From: a virus
Reading direction: 5' to 3' (one strand)
DNA: 64,000 nt
Virus record (IMG/VR): IMGVR_UViG_3300021178_000001
Span: 32,001 to 96,000 of that record
The notes beneath the pieces were generated by a model. That model was not told the DNA's origin. It did no database searches and saw only the letters and a list, made by a program, of their open reading frames with translations. Both the position numbers and the translations under genes were made by a program. Shown here piece by piece: positions 18,965 to 28,090 of the stretch (position 1 is its first letter; every line of letters begins with the position of its first letter).

Positions 18965-20014
18965 ATGTTCTCTGTAGGACTCCTCAGCGGATCTGGTTCT
19001 GGTTCTGGAACAAAGTTCGTCTACACGGCGAATGGTAACGCCGTCGGAGCTTTCACCATTAATCCCTCGACGGGAGCACTGACTTTAGTGGCTGGTGAAC
19101 CTTTCCCGACCACTGGGACTCCTCGCGGCTTAGCCGTCAACTTCAACGGAAAATTTCTTTACGCGGCTACGTCTAGCAACAACGTCAACGCGTTTCTGAT
19201 CAATCAGTCTACTGGTTCCTTGAGCGGGATCTCTGGGTCTCCTTTTTCTTCTGGCAGCGGTACTACCGCGTCGATAGCTTTGTCTCCCAACGGTAAATTC
19301 GCCTACAAGACCAACGTTAGCGGCGGCACGGTGTCTTGTTACTCTATCAACCAATCGACCGGAGCGCTGAGTTCTGTCTCGGCAGACGTAGCGGTGGGAT
19401 CAAGTCCGTGGGACGCGGTCGTCACTCCCAATTCCGCTTTCTTACTCGTGGCTAACAGCGGCGATAATACTATCTCTGTATTATCCATCAACCCGTCCAC
19501 CGGCGTTCTCACTCCGGTCTCTGGCTCTCCATTCAGCGGCTCACTGAGTGGTCCAACTGGTGTTACAGTTTCTCCCAACGGAAATTTCGTGTATGTAGCT
19601 AGTCCTGGAACTGGCAGAGTCAACGCGTTTACGATCAACGAGTCCACCGGTTTTCTGACTTTCGTGAACTTCTTCTCGGACGGAAGCAGCGGCGTCGGGA
19701 ACGTCGCCGTTTCCGTAGACAACAAGTTTTTATTCACTAATAACAACGACGGAACCTCGTCAGTTTACAGCATCAACCCGTCCACTGGAGCTTTGACCTC
19801 CGTTTCTGGTTCTCCATTTACTACGTCGGGAACTAACCCAGTGTCTGTAGCGGTATCCTCCAACGGAAAATTCGTCTTGGTCGCCAACAGCGGCAGCGGC
19901 AACACTACTGTATTCTCGATAGACCCGTCCACCGGCGCACTGACCCAGGTCTCCGGTTCTCCGTTCACTACGGGAGCTAACGCGCAGTCGCCCCACGCCG
20001 TAGTCGTGTTCTAA
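18965..20014 (+). CDS. seven-bladed beta-propeller (lactonase/YVTN-like), probable receptor-binding protein
   Basis: Seven repeats of SPNGKF.YVAN...VS.FSINPSTGALT.VSGSPF. Confidence 0.8.
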   Translation: MFSVGLLSGSGSGSGTKFVYTANGNAVGAFTINPSTGALTLVAGEPFPTTGTPRGLAVNFNGKFLYAATSSNNVNAFLINQSTGSLSGISGSPFSSGSGTTASIALSPNGKFAYKTNVSGGTVSCYSINQSTGALSSVSADVAVGSSPWDAVVTPNSAFLLVANSGDNTISVLSINPSTGVLTPVSGSPFSGSLSGPTGVTVSPNGNFVYVASPGTGRVNAFTINESTGFLTFVNFFSDGSSGVGNVAVSVDNKFLFTNNNDGTSSVYSINPSTGALTSVSGSPFTTSGTNPVSVAVSSNGKFVLVANSGSGNTTVFSIDPSTGALTQVSGSPFTTGANAQSPHAVVVF

Positions 20015-20027
20015 TGGAAACCTACCC

Positions 20028-20270
20028 GTGATCTACACTCCGAGCAACTCCAAAGGTCTGATTCTCGTGGACAACACGGGGACTCGCATTCCGGCAGTCT
20101 ACGAGTTCAACGACGAGACCTGTGAGGTCAAGTTCTACCTGATAGGCGACGGTCCAAGAAAACCACACTTCGCTCGCTCCGGTAACTCGTACCAAGAGGG
20201 TTACGACATCGTCAGAGCTTCCGCTGTAATCAAAGGCGCTAAAATGATTCAGAGAGAGGAGTCTCCATGA
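20028..20270 (+). CDS. hypothetical protein
   Basis: 80-aa ORF coupled to the endolysin gene. Confidence 0.55.
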   Translation: MIYTPSNSKGLILVDNTGTRIPAVYEFNDETCEVKFYLIGDGPRKPHFARSGNSYQEGYDIVRASAVIKGAKMIQREESP

Positions 20271-20668
20271 TCTCGATGCCCGAACTCATTCACGCCCCGA
20301 TCCCGCTAGAGAGTCTTCCCCGAGACCAGCGGGACAACTTGGCCGTTCTATTGGAGCGCGTCAATCAGATCCGAGCGCTTTGGGGCAAGCCCATGACCGT
20401 CACTTCCGGGTACCGCACTATGGCGGACCACCTCAGAATCTACGCCGAGAAGGGGATAACCGATCCAGCCAAGATCCCGATGCAGTCCAAGCACTTGTAC
20501 GGCCAAGCGGTGGACATTTCGGACCCAGACTTGGCCATTACGGCTTGGTTGAAGGCGAACCCACAGATCTTAGAGGACGCTGGGTTGTGGTGCGAGGACG
20601 GGAATTCAAATTGGTTACATCTGCAAAATCAACCACCTAGATCAGGTAACCGTTGGTTCTTACCTTGA
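20267..20668 (+). CDS. endolysin, peptidase M15 family
   Basis: TSGYR, SKHLYGQAVD, WLHLQ zinc-peptidase motifs. Confidence 0.85.
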   Translation: MISMPELIHAPIPLESLPRDQRDNLAVLLERVNQIRALWGKPMTVTSGYRTMADHLRIYAEKGITDPAKIPMQSKHLYGQAVDISDPDLAITAWLKANPQILEDAGLWCEDGNSNWLHLQNQPPRSGNRWFLP

Positions 20669-21039
20669 GAACTTGCAAAAAATGTAATCAAGAGAAAGAT
20701 CTAACTAAGTTTGATCCTCACCGCCACACCTGCAGAAAGTGCAGATGCGACTGGCGCACAGGAGACAAACAACGTTCTAAAGCCTTGAAATATTACTACG
20801 GAATTTCCCTAGAGCAATATGACAAGATGCTTGCAAGTCAAAATGGTGTCTGTAAGATATGCAAAGGACCAGACAACGGTCCTTGGAACCGTTTAGCCGT
20901 TGATCACTGTCACGAGACTGGTAAAGTTAGAGGTTTACTCTGCGCCAAGTGTAATAAAGGCTTAGGTCAGTTCAACGACAACTCAGAGCTCATCAAAAGT
21001 GCAGCTGAATACTTGGTACAATCTAGGGTGAGGACTTAA
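20665..21039 (+). CDS. endonuclease VII-type (HNH) free-standing homing endonuclease
   Basis: CKKC...CRKC; YGISLEQY..ML..Q.G.CKIC; LAVDHCHETGKVRGLLC..CN.GLG. Confidence 0.9.
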   Translation: MRTCKKCNQEKDLTKFDPHRHTCRKCRCDWRTGDKQRSKALKYYYGISLEQYDKMLASQNGVCKICKGPDNGPWNRLAVDHCHETGKVRGLLCAKCNKGLGQFNDNSELIKSAAEYLVQSRVRT

Positions 21040-21041
21040 CT

Positions 21042-21359
21042 ATGAGCATGAAAATCGACGGCTACTCCAAGACTATCGCTCTGGCCGCTACTCCAGAGAA
21101 TCTCGTCGCTGACTCCGGTGACAAGCCTCTCTACGCGAAGAGCGTCCGAATCGCTTGTCCAGCGTCCAACGCGTCAGACCTAATGATAGGTTCAGTCTCT
21201 CGCCAGCAGTTCACCATTCCTAAAGGTACCTCGATAGACCTCGAGCAAATAAACCGCGCGGGGCAAGCCGGCAAGTTCTCTCTCAAGGACATCTGGGTCA
21301 AGGCTGGAACCAACGGCGACGCCGTTCAAGTCTTGGTGTCCGACCCGAGCGCGGATTGA
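21042..21359 (+). CDS. hypothetical (probable small virion) protein
   Basis: 105-aa beta-rich ORF with a GAGG RBS. Confidence 0.55.
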   Translation: MSMKIDGYSKTIALAATPENLVADSGDKPLYAKSVRIACPASNASDLMIGSVSRQQFTIPKGTSIDLEQINRAGQAGKFSLKDIWVKAGTNGDAVQVLVSDPSAD

Positions 21360-21396
21360 TTATTCTCTTAAGTAAACAATTGATTTAAGAGAATAA
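21360..21396. terminator. inverted repeat between convergent gene blocks, probable bidirectional terminator
   Basis: TTATTCTCTTAA...TTAAGAGAATAA. Confidence 0.55.
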
Positions 21397-21402
21397 CTTC
21401 CT

Positions 21403-21699
21403 TCAATCTGGGTTGAACCACCCACATCGCATTTTAAGTAACGTCGATCCTATACTTGGAAGTTTTTCAACTGGGGATCCGTCAGAGTAGCACGGAGCAC
21501 ATTGTTGCTCGTCTAATCCTTCTGGTATCTTTTGGTCCGCTCCAACGGAGGTCGTCGATGGTTCCTCGGGAGGTCTTCCGCTCACTTCGTTGATGATTCG
21601 CTTTCCTCGACACGTGGGACACTCTTGAGTTCCAGAGACGCTCATAGGATGCGGAACTTGTCCCGTGCCGTCACAGACTGGGCATCTTTGCCAACTCAT
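21403..21699 (-). CDS. DnaJ-type zinc-finger (CxxCxGxG) small protein
   Basis: CPVCDGTG and CPTCRGK. Confidence 0.6.
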   Translation of the reverse strand: MSWQRCPVCDGTGQVPHPMSVSGTQECPTCRGKRIINEVSGRPPEEPSTTSVGADQKIPEGLDEQQCAPCYSDGSPVEKLPSIGSTLLKMRCGWFNPD

Positions 21700-21701
21700 T
21701 G

Positions 21702-21857
21702 TTAGTGTTTCTCCGGTTTCACTTCGCGCGGCTCTTTGGGTTCTACGGTGTCGCAGTAAGTCTTTTGGTTGATCTTCACGCACTCTTTTTTAGAGATGGG
21801 AGCGCTGGCACACCCGGTCAACGACGCGACAAACACTAGATAAATCAACGACTTCAT
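21702..21857 (-). CDS. small lipoprotein (51 aa, not in ORF track)
   Basis: MKSLIYLVFVASLTGC lipobox; GGAG RBS. Confidence 0.65.
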   Translation of the reverse strand: MKSLIYLVFVASLTGCASAPISKKECVKINQKTYCDTVEPKEPREVKPEKH

Positions 21858-22042
21858 TTTGTCTCCTTCGGTTCTGATCTAGACTCTTTTCTCAAGCTCT
21901 TGTCGTAGCACTCGAGGATCAGTTTGCCGTTCTCTCGGCGCTCCAGGACCTTGCACTCTCGACCCTCGTACACGAACACAGTCGCGCACCCGCTGACCAG
22001 CAAACTGACTAAAAGTAGTGACGCTTTGACACTTCCTTGCAT
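21854..22042 (-). CDS. small lipoprotein
   Basis: Hydrophobic leader plus LVSGC lipobox. Confidence 0.65.
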   Translation of the reverse strand: MQGSVKASLLLVSLLVSGCATVFVYEGRECKVLERRENGKLILECYDKSLRKESRSEPKETK

Positions 22043-22275
22043 CTCATTCTCCTAAGATTCTCGGCATTCTGAATCATGCCTTTCTTGCTCTTAAAAGATA
22101 CTACTCCGTTCTCGGTCAGGTATAAACTGACTTGTTTCGTGGAGAAGACGTTGAGTGTGAAGCACGTCGACCACCAGTAATAGAAGAAGAGAGCCTTGAG
22201 ACGAGACTGAGTTTGGACTTGATTAGTAACTAACCCGTTGTAGACGTCGATTCTTGAGTAGCTTATGGTCCACAT
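22009..22275 (-). CDS. hypothetical protein
   Basis: 88-aa ORF in the minus-strand operon. Confidence 0.45.
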   Translation of the reverse strand: MWTISYSRIDVYNGLVTNQVQTQSRLKALFFYYWWSTCFTLNVFSTKQVSLYLTENGVVSFKSKKGMIQNAENLRRMRCKEVSKRHYF

Positions 22276-22284
22276 CGAGAGTCT

Positions 22285-22470
22285 CTATTCCTCACAACAT
22301 ATCTCAAAGGTCATCCCCATAGTGTAGTCTACGCGGAATCCTTCCGATTTATAGTGATCTCTGCAAGAGGCTTCTCGCACGGTTTGCTGATAGCAGACTC
22401 TAGTATGCTCGATGGAAGACGAAGAGCATCCCGACAACAAAATGCCGGTCATTAAAAGTAAAGTCTTCAC
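22285..22470 (-). CDS. small lipoprotein
   Basis: (V/M)KTLLLMTGILLSGC lipobox; Cys-rich mature part. Confidence 0.65.
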   Translation of the reverse strand: MKTLLLMTGILLSGCSSSSIEHTRVCYQQTVREASCRDHYKSEGFRVDYTMGMTFEICCEE

Positions 22471-22709
22471 TCGTCCTCCCACTCATTTACCTGATATTCA
22501 AAAGAATCTCCGGGAAAGTGTCCCGGATCCGCGATCGTAGTTTCCGGCGGTCGCATGCCTTCGCTGACTTGAAACGCCAACAACTTAGTCGCCAGGACCT
22601 GGTTGAACTCCCGCACCGTCATCATTGAGTAGTTGGGGTACTCCTCGATTTCCCGCGTGAACTCGAAGATCTTCAGAGCCATCTTGTCGACCATCTCGGA
22701 GCGTTTCAT
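22467..22709 (-). CDS. hypothetical protein
   Basis: GGAG RBS; MKRSEM start. Confidence 0.6.
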   Translation of the reverse strand: MKRSEMVDKMALKIFEFTREIEEYPNYSMMTVREFNQVLATKLLAFQVSEGMRPPETTIADPGHFPGDSFEYQVNEWEDE

Positions 22710-22733
22710 TTTGGTCTCCCAGAGTGCACTGTA

Positions 22734-23270
22734 TTAGTGAATAGACTCACACATGTGATCCAACACGTACTGAGCTTGACCGACCGCGTCGTCTAGAGCG
22801 TTGTGGGCAGTTCCAGGAATGACGATCTTGGCACCTTTACCCTGAAAGCGACGGAAGGTCCTCAAGTCCATGACTTTTGAGTAGCTCCATGGACTCTCGA
22901 GACCGTACATCTTGAAGAGGTGATCCATGATGGATACGTCGAACGTCGACCCGTTGCCCCAGACGTGGGCTTTGGAGTTGTTGGCTTTCATCCACAAAGC
23001 GAAGGTCTGAAGCACTTCCGCGGTCGGTTTGGCCTTCTCGTTGAATACTCGCTTGGCGGCGTCGGCTTGACTCAACCACCACTTGATCGTGGAACCCGTG
23101 GGCTTTCGACCTCGCTTGATCTGTTCGTCGACGTCTAGAGCCATGTAGAACGTGGGTCCCAAAAGCTTCTTCTCTACGTCGAAGAATACAGCACCGATAG
23201 AGATCACGGGAGTATCTACATCCACACCCAGAGTCTCAATGTCCACCATACAGTCATTAAAATTGCTCAT
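22734..23270 (-). CDS. DEDDh 3'-5' exonuclease (DexA/RNase AS/ExoVIII-like)
   Basis: MVDIETLG, WGNGSTFD, DLRT, HNALDDA motifs. Confidence 0.9.
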   Translation of the reverse strand: MSNFNDCMVDIETLGVDVDTPVISIGAVFFDVEKKLLGPTFYMALDVDEQIKRGRKPTGSTIKWWLSQADAAKRVFNEKAKPTAEVLQTFALWMKANNSKAHVWGNGSTFDVSIMDHLFKMYGLESPWSYSKVMDLRTFRRFQGKGAKIVIPGTAHNALDDAVGQAQYVLDHMCESIH

Positions 23271-23272
23271 CT

Positions 23273-23554
23273 TTATTCCTTCCAGTTGACGTGAAATTCT
23301 AAGACGGGAACTACTTTACTGTTCTCTAAAGTGCAAGTTCCGGTCTTCTTTAGACTTGACTTGTTGGGTGCTCTCGGCGTGTAGTTGAACGCGAAGTAGT
23401 CGACGTGGTACTTGTGACTCTTGCGATCGTCCGCAGTCCTGTAAGCCACCGAGGTATGCGCCCAAGTCAACTTGTCCGACAAGATCCAACCGATTTGGGA
23501 GTCGTCTTTCTGATGTGCAGTTAGAAACAAGAGCAGCGCAGATAGACAAGTCAT
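23273..23554 (-). CDS. hypothetical protein
   Basis: 93-aa ORF coupled to its neighbours. Confidence 0.5.
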   Translation of the reverse strand: MTCLSALLLFLTAHQKDDSQIGWILSDKLTWAHTSVAYRTADDRKSHKYHVDYFAFNYTPRAPNKSSLKKTGTCTLENSKVVPVLEFHVNWKE

Positions 23555-23727
23555 TCTTTATCCTTTTTTAGAATCTCGTTCTTGGTCTTCACGTACAGCT
23601 GAGCGATCTCCACCGACTGCTCTATTGCAGAACGAAACCCCTTCTCATTTTCTCCAGCCAGAAACGTAGTGGGCATCTTCTTCAAGAAGATCTCGAACGC
23701 ATACTCTTCAACTTCTGTCTTTTCCAT
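23551..23727 (-). CDS. hypothetical protein (58 aa, not in ORF track)
   Basis: MEKTEVEEYAFEIFLKK...KKDKE*; GGGAG RBS; ATGA overlap. Confidence 0.55.
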   Translation of the reverse strand: MEKTEVEEYAFEIFLKKMPTTFLAGENEKGFRSAIEQSVEIAQLYVKTKNEILKKDKE

Positions 23728-23738
23728 TCTATCACTCC

Positions 23739-24251
23739 CTAGTGCTCAATGTCACTCTTTTGTTTGACCAACTTCTTAAAGTGATCTAAAGCCACTCTGT
23801 AATCCAAGTAAGTTTTTAGAGGACTCGGTTTGGGTTCTGAAACTTTCTGATTTATGATCTCCTCGGGATCTTTGTTGCCTTGAATGAACATCGACATCAG
23901 GTCTTGTTCGACCATGTATAGTCTGAGTACATGAGCGTCGTCGCCCACGTAAGACGTCCCGTTCGAGTCCCTCAAGTAACACGCCGTGACCCGCAAGTTG
24001 GGGTCCAAAGTGCGGATCCTAGAGAACCACTGAATGGCGACTGCTGCTTCCACTTCGATGTGGAAGGAGACCATGACGAATCCGGGTCCCTCGTCGTTCG
24101 GAGCCACGAGGATCAGCTTGAACATCGGAAGCAGTCCCTCGAAGAACTCGTGGATGAACTCGTGTTCCGACTCCGACGCGAGGCCGTACAAGTTCTTGAC
24201 CTGTTTTACTACTTCCGAATAAATCACAGTTTGTAACTCACTTTGGTCCAT
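23739..24251 (-). CDS. hypothetical protein
   Basis: Probable start MDQSELQ at 24251, overlapping the thyX end. Confidence 0.6.
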   Translation of the reverse strand: MDQSELQTVIYSEVVKQVKNLYGLASESEHEFIHEFFEGLLPMFKLILVAPNDEGPGFVMVSFHIEVEAAVAIQWFSRIRTLDPNLRVTACYLRDSNGTSYVGDDAHVLRLYMVEQDLMSMFIQGNKDPEEIINQKVSEPKPSPLKTYLDYRVALDHFKKLVKQKSDIEH

Positions 24252-25125
24252 CGAACATTCCGGGAGTGAACTTGGTGATGTTCTCGTCCTGCAACATTTT
24301 ACGATACTGAGCCCAACTCTTAAAGTTGCTGGTGTAGTAGGACGCGGCGGTCGACTGCGCTTGGTGTTCGGCGGGAGAAGAATGTTTCGGAATACCTCCC
24401 AAAAGACGGTCGTAGAGTTTGAGGTCGTCATCAATAGAAGTTTTAATGCCGTCGTGGTTTAAGTACGAGACTCTCGCACATCTAGCCACCGAACATTTGA
24501 TGGCGATCGTGATGGCCTCTGCTTCTTCTTGAAGACATGTGATGTCAAAAAGATCTGTAATTTCTTGTCGAGCGCTCTCGTCTATGAACGGGAGGTGCCA
24601 TCGACCATACTTTAAAAGTTGGGGTTTACTAGCTTCTCGAACGGCATACATCTCGTCCGCCAGAGCGTGAATTTCGGGTTGAGCCATTGGATGACACCTG
24701 AGAGCAAAGAAGTTGTCCCAGTCCGTCGCAGTAGCCACAACGGTGATGTGGGAGAATGGCTCGAGGAGACGATTCGCATACTGCTTATGCACTTCGAGGT
24801 TCACGAGAACTTGCGCTTGCATCACTGCCGCGTCTCTGGCGTCAATCCAGGCGTTGTAAGCTTGCTCTAGTGCTAGACCGTCTAAAGCTTCGCCGCCTTG
24901 CATCCCCTTTTGATTCTTGGTGAATGCCAGTGGAATGACTGGGTCATCCAGAACCATTTGAATCTGCTTCTTTACTGGAATAGCTCTGGAAGACGAAGCG
25001 TTGCGGGAGATCATTCGATGTGTTAAAAATTCGCTGTGAATCAACCGTGGGTAAGTCAAGACGAACGTAGTGATGCGAACGCCGTCTGGATTAATAGAGT
25101 CGGCGATAATTTTTGCTGAGATCAT
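24238..25125 (-). CDS. thyX: flavin-dependent thymidylate synthase (phage ThyX-like)
   Basis: THRMISRNASSSRAIP, HKQYANRLLEPF, NFFALR, H.SP.EH motifs. Confidence 0.85.
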   Translation of the reverse strand: MISAKIIADSINPDGVRITTFVLTYPRLIHSEFLTHRMISRNASSSRAIPVKKQIQMVLDDPVIPLAFTKNQKGMQGGEALDGLALEQAYNAWIDARDAAVMQAQVLVNLEVHKQYANRLLEPFSHITVVATATDWDNFFALRCHPMAQPEIHALADEMYAVREASKPQLLKYGRWHLPFIDESARQEITDLFDITCLQEEAEAITIAIKCSVARCARVSYLNHDGIKTSIDDDLKLYDRLLGGIPKHSSPAEHQAQSTAASYYTSNFKSWAQYRKMLQDENITKFTPGMFDGPK

Positions 25126-25292
25126 ACTTCCACCGGACCATAGGTTATTTGATCAAACTCTTCTTTAACTACGTCGTCTTCAATCAGACCAGAAAGACCC
25201 TCCATCATTTCTTCTGCTTCTTCCAAAGTTTCGGCATGAACTCGAACGTCGACCCAAACTATCTTAGCGACTTGTCCTTCAAAAATTTTCAT
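25122..25292 (-). CDS. small acidic hypothetical protein
   Basis: V.AETLEEAEE motif. Confidence 0.55.
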   Translation of the reverse strand: MKIFEGQVAKIVWVDVRVHAETLEEAEEMMEGLSGLIEDDVVKEEFDQITYGPVEV

Positions 25293-25293
25293 A

Positions 25294-25557
25294 CTATTTC
25301 CCCAACACGGCAACGCGACGGTAAAATTCTTTCAACTCGTTAGAGCGACCCAAGCAGTGGTAGACCATTTGAGTCAAGAGTTGACTGCGGTTCAGACCAG
25401 ACTTTTCGCACAAGTCTTCGAAATCGATCGCGGCTTTGCCTCGGATGGTCGTAGTGCAAGTGAGTTTGTTGTCGTCGCGAACGTGCGGACTCACTTTGGG
25501 AAGTTCGAACGGAGCGAACTTGCCTTTGGGGTCATCTTTTTCTTGCTCTTTACTCAT
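25294..25557 (-). CDS. ribbon-helix-helix (CopG/Arc-like) DNA-binding protein
   Basis: TCTTTI strand followed by FEDLCEKSGLNRSQLL helices. Confidence 0.6.
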   Translation of the reverse strand: MSKEQEKDDPKGKFAPFELPKVSPHVRDDNKLTCTTTIRGKAAIDFEDLCEKSGLNRSQLLTQMVYHCLGRSNELKEFYRRVAVLGK

Positions 25558-26182
25558 TTTCGATCTCCTTTAAAACTCTCTCAAATTCTTTCATGAACAT
25601 TCGTTTAGCAGTCATCGGACTAACCGGAAACAACGGGTGCACTAAGTACTTTTTAGACTCGTAAGACTTTATGATATCCCACTGGCTGATGTCTTCAAAC
25701 AACAATTTAGCTTCAGTAGAAAGAGCTATCAAATCCGCGGTCTTTACTCTCGCTAACGTTCTCTCGTCCCATCGGATCTTGAACTTCTTCGCTATCTTGA
25801 CGGCCAGTTGTTCCTCCAACTCTTTGAACTGCGGGAGCAAGTCTTTTAAAGGCGTCGTTATGTCACCCACGTATGCCTCGGTCGCGTCGTGCAGCAGTCC
25901 CGCCCAGATAGCGTTGGTGTCTTGCGGATATGCGTCTCGGATGATCCTAGACACTAGGACAGAGTGTTCGGCCACTGAATAAAAACTCCGACAGTGCCCA
26001 GAAAATCGGCACAAGTTTGACAAAGCGTGGGCTATGTCGTCTACGACTACGGCGCTCAGTTTACCCACTTTGGGGTCGAAGTGCTCTCCGTTTCTAGTCT
26101 GGACACAGAATCCCCGGTTTAACTTAACTTTTGTCGTCTTCTTTCGATTTGTCACAGTCGAACTCCTCGAGACGCTTTTCAA
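25550..26182 (-). CDS. HD-domain phosphohydrolase (YfbR/YfdR-like 5'-deoxynucleotidase)
   Basis: DIAHALS..CRF.GH, YSVAEHS, LLHDATEAY.GD..TPLK, K.AD. Confidence 0.9.
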   Translation of the reverse strand: MKSVSRSSTVTNRKKTTKVKLNRGFCVQTRNGEHFDPKVGKLSAVVVDDIAHALSNLCRFSGHCRSFYSVAEHSVLVSRIIRDAYPQDTNAIWAGLLHDATEAYVGDITTPLKDLLPQFKELEEQLAVKIAKKFKIRWDERTLARVKTADLIALSTEAKLLFEDISQWDIIKSYESKKYLVHPLFPVSPMTAKRMFMKEFERVLKEIENE

Positions 26183-26417
26183 GTCCCGGTCTAAAATGTT
26201 TTATGAAGTCCAGGCGCCACTCGTCTTGCGTCATCATCTTTGAACTCTTCTCCTCGACGTGCTCCCTCCGCGGGCGCTCCGGCTTCATGATGTTGTCCAA
26301 CTCTTGGCGCAAAGCTCTATTTTCTTTGCGCAGCTGGTTCAACATCGACTTTAAGTCCTTTACAGTCTCTCTCAACCTACGTTCACCGTTCTTCGGGTAA
26401 GTCACGCTGCGCCTCAC
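26124..26417 (-). CDS. coiled-coil hypothetical protein
   Basis: Heptad pattern; GAGGG RBS and TATAAT upstream. Confidence 0.55.
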   Translation of the reverse strand: MRRSVTYPKNGERRLRETVKDLKSMLNQLRKENRALRQELDNIMKPERPRREHVEEKSSKMMTQDEWRLDFIKHFRPGLEKRLEEFDCDKSKEDDKS

Positions 26418-26458
26418 TTAGATCCCTCTTTCAACTTATTATAGAGTATCACGCCTCT

Positions 26459-27922
26459 TCAGTCACAGGAAATTCTATTTATCGGACACTCAAAGTTTCG
26501 ACCATAAATGTCAATTCTTTGTACAGTGTGCTTTTTCATGTATTTGGTTCTTAAAAAGTCGAAATCGTGAATTTTAGCTATATTTTTACCCTCAAAGAGT
26601 CGTACAGCTCTACCTACGGCTTGGACTATGACGATCTCGGACTTGCCACCCTGGCACATAATCAAAACATCGGTAGATTTTATATCGATCCCCTCTCCAA
26701 TTACTGAGGACCCAATGAGAATCCGAAATCGCTTGTCGTTGAAAGCCTTTATAGTGTTGTTGACGACTTCTTTCTTGTCATCACCCGAGATGTACATGTT
26801 GTCGAACCCGTGCATCTTCAAGAACTCATGGAAGATGAGACCAGCTTTGTCTTTATTCTTGACTAGAATCAAAATCTGCTCGTTGTCTCCCGACTGGTTG
26901 CAGATCTCGAGAACTTTGTTGAGGATGACTTGAGACCCGCAGTAGTTGTTGTCATATTCCTTCGGGTAAGACCTATTAGGTTTTCCTTGCAACTCATGAA
27001 TGTTGACCTCGATCGGTGTGAGGTACCCTTCCTCGATTGCTCTGTGCGCGGGATAGCGAAAGAGGACATTCGAGAGAAACCCCCACATGTCTAAAGACTT
27101 GGAGTCGTTGCGAAGGAACGTGCCCGTGAACCCGAAGCGATAGTAGATATGGTCTAACTCATTGAGAAGGTTAGTGTAACTGGCACTTCCGGCGTGGTGA
27201 ATTTCGTCGACGAACAGTGCCTCGACGTCTTTCAAGACACTCTGGATCTCTCCACTCTTTTGCAGCGAAGCGAGAGTTTGAACGGTAGCGATGCGGATCG
27301 GAGCCAGTTTCTTTCCAGACCTGACTCTCTTAGAATCTACCGTCTCCACGGCGTGACGACCGAACCAACTGACAAAGTCATTTTCAAGCTGAAGTCCTAG
27401 TCCCACGGACGGCACGATCACTAGGGAAACCATGCTGAGCTCTTTTATAAGGTATCCGGCAACCAGCGATTTTCCGCTGCCTACAGCCGCTTCAAAGACT
27501 CCCCGTCCTTCTTTTAACCCCAACTCTATCATCTCTCTTTGGTAGTACCGCATCTCGTGCGGCTTGTTGTTCCACTTCAAGACGAGCGAGTTAGTCGGTA
27601 CCTTGCGGTGGTCGATCTCTCGGCACTTAGTGCTCAAAGTTTTGACAACTTCGCGGACTATGTTGAGGTGTCCGGTCGGAAACACGTCGTCGTGGAACCA
27701 GCATACCCACTCGCTCTTCTTGAGAGCACTGATTCTTCCGAGAGTCATGTGGTACATCTTAGTGTTGTTGAACCGCTTCGCTTGGTTGAGTTGGAAGAAG
27801 AGTTGTCCAAGTTCAGCGTCGATGTCGTTGCGATAAGTCAAGACCTCTTTTACGAGTTCTCGCACGTTCGCGGGAACGTCTCCAGTCAACTTACAAAAAG
27901 AGTTGCGAATTTCGAGGTTCAT
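26459..27922 (-). CDS. superfamily 2 DNA helicase (UvsW-like)
   Basis: YQ Q-motif, AVGSGKS, DEIHH, TGT, GEGIDI, QAVGRAVR. Confidence 0.9.
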   Translation of the reverse strand: MNLEIRNSFCKLTGDVPANVRELVKEVLTYRNDIDAELGQLFFQLNQAKRFNNTKMYHMTLGRISALKKSEWVCWFHDDVFPTGHLNIVREVVKTLSTKCREIDHRKVPTNSLVLKWNNKPHEMRYYQREMIELGLKEGRGVFEAAVGSGKSLVAGYLIKELSMVSLVIVPSVGLGLQLENDFVSWFGRHAVETVDSKRVRSGKKLAPIRIATVQTLASLQKSGEIQSVLKDVEALFVDEIHHAGSASYTNLLNELDHIYYRFGFTGTFLRNDSKSLDMWGFLSNVLFRYPAHRAIEEGYLTPIEVNIHELQGKPNRSYPKEYDNNYCGSQVILNKVLEICNQSGDNEQILILVKNKDKAGLIFHEFLKMHGFDNMYISGDDKKEVVNNTIKAFNDKRFRILIGSSVIGEGIDIKSTDVLIMCQGGKSEIVIVQAVGRAVRLFEGKNIAKIHDFDFLRTKYMKKHTVQRIDIYGRNFECPINRISCD

Positions 27923-28063
27923 CTCCACCATTCTACTGTGCTTTTGGTGAAGTCAAAGTTTATTTTCAAAAAAGTCAAATTTTGGTGTATTTTTCTCTCT
28001 TCAAAAGATATAATAAACTATGTATAACATGCTAATGAGTAACTAAGCAGCGATTTAGCAAAC

Positions 28064-28090
28064 ATGAATTACTTGTATCTAGTAATTCAT
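28064..28090. promoter_or_regulatory. perfect 10-bp inverted repeat in the AT-rich divergent intergenic region
   Basis: ATGAATTACT-tgtatct-AGTAATTCAT. Confidence 0.5.

Noticed and set aside
11772-20014. Diversity-generating retroelement or invertible tail fibre switch
   Set aside because: No reverse transcriptase, invertase or near-identical TR/VR nucleotide pair seen; the shared fibre segments are diverged paralogues.
25550-26182. HD hydrolase plus PolA as a Z-genome (DatZ/DpoZ) system
   Set aside because: No PurZ or MazZ in the window, and the HD protein has YfbR/YfdR-type motifs. It cannot be excluded for the rest of the genome.
28030-28060. TGCTAA...TTAGCA upstream of groEL as a CIRCE element
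   Set aside because: Arm order and spacing do not match TTAGCACTC-N9-GAGTGCTAA.
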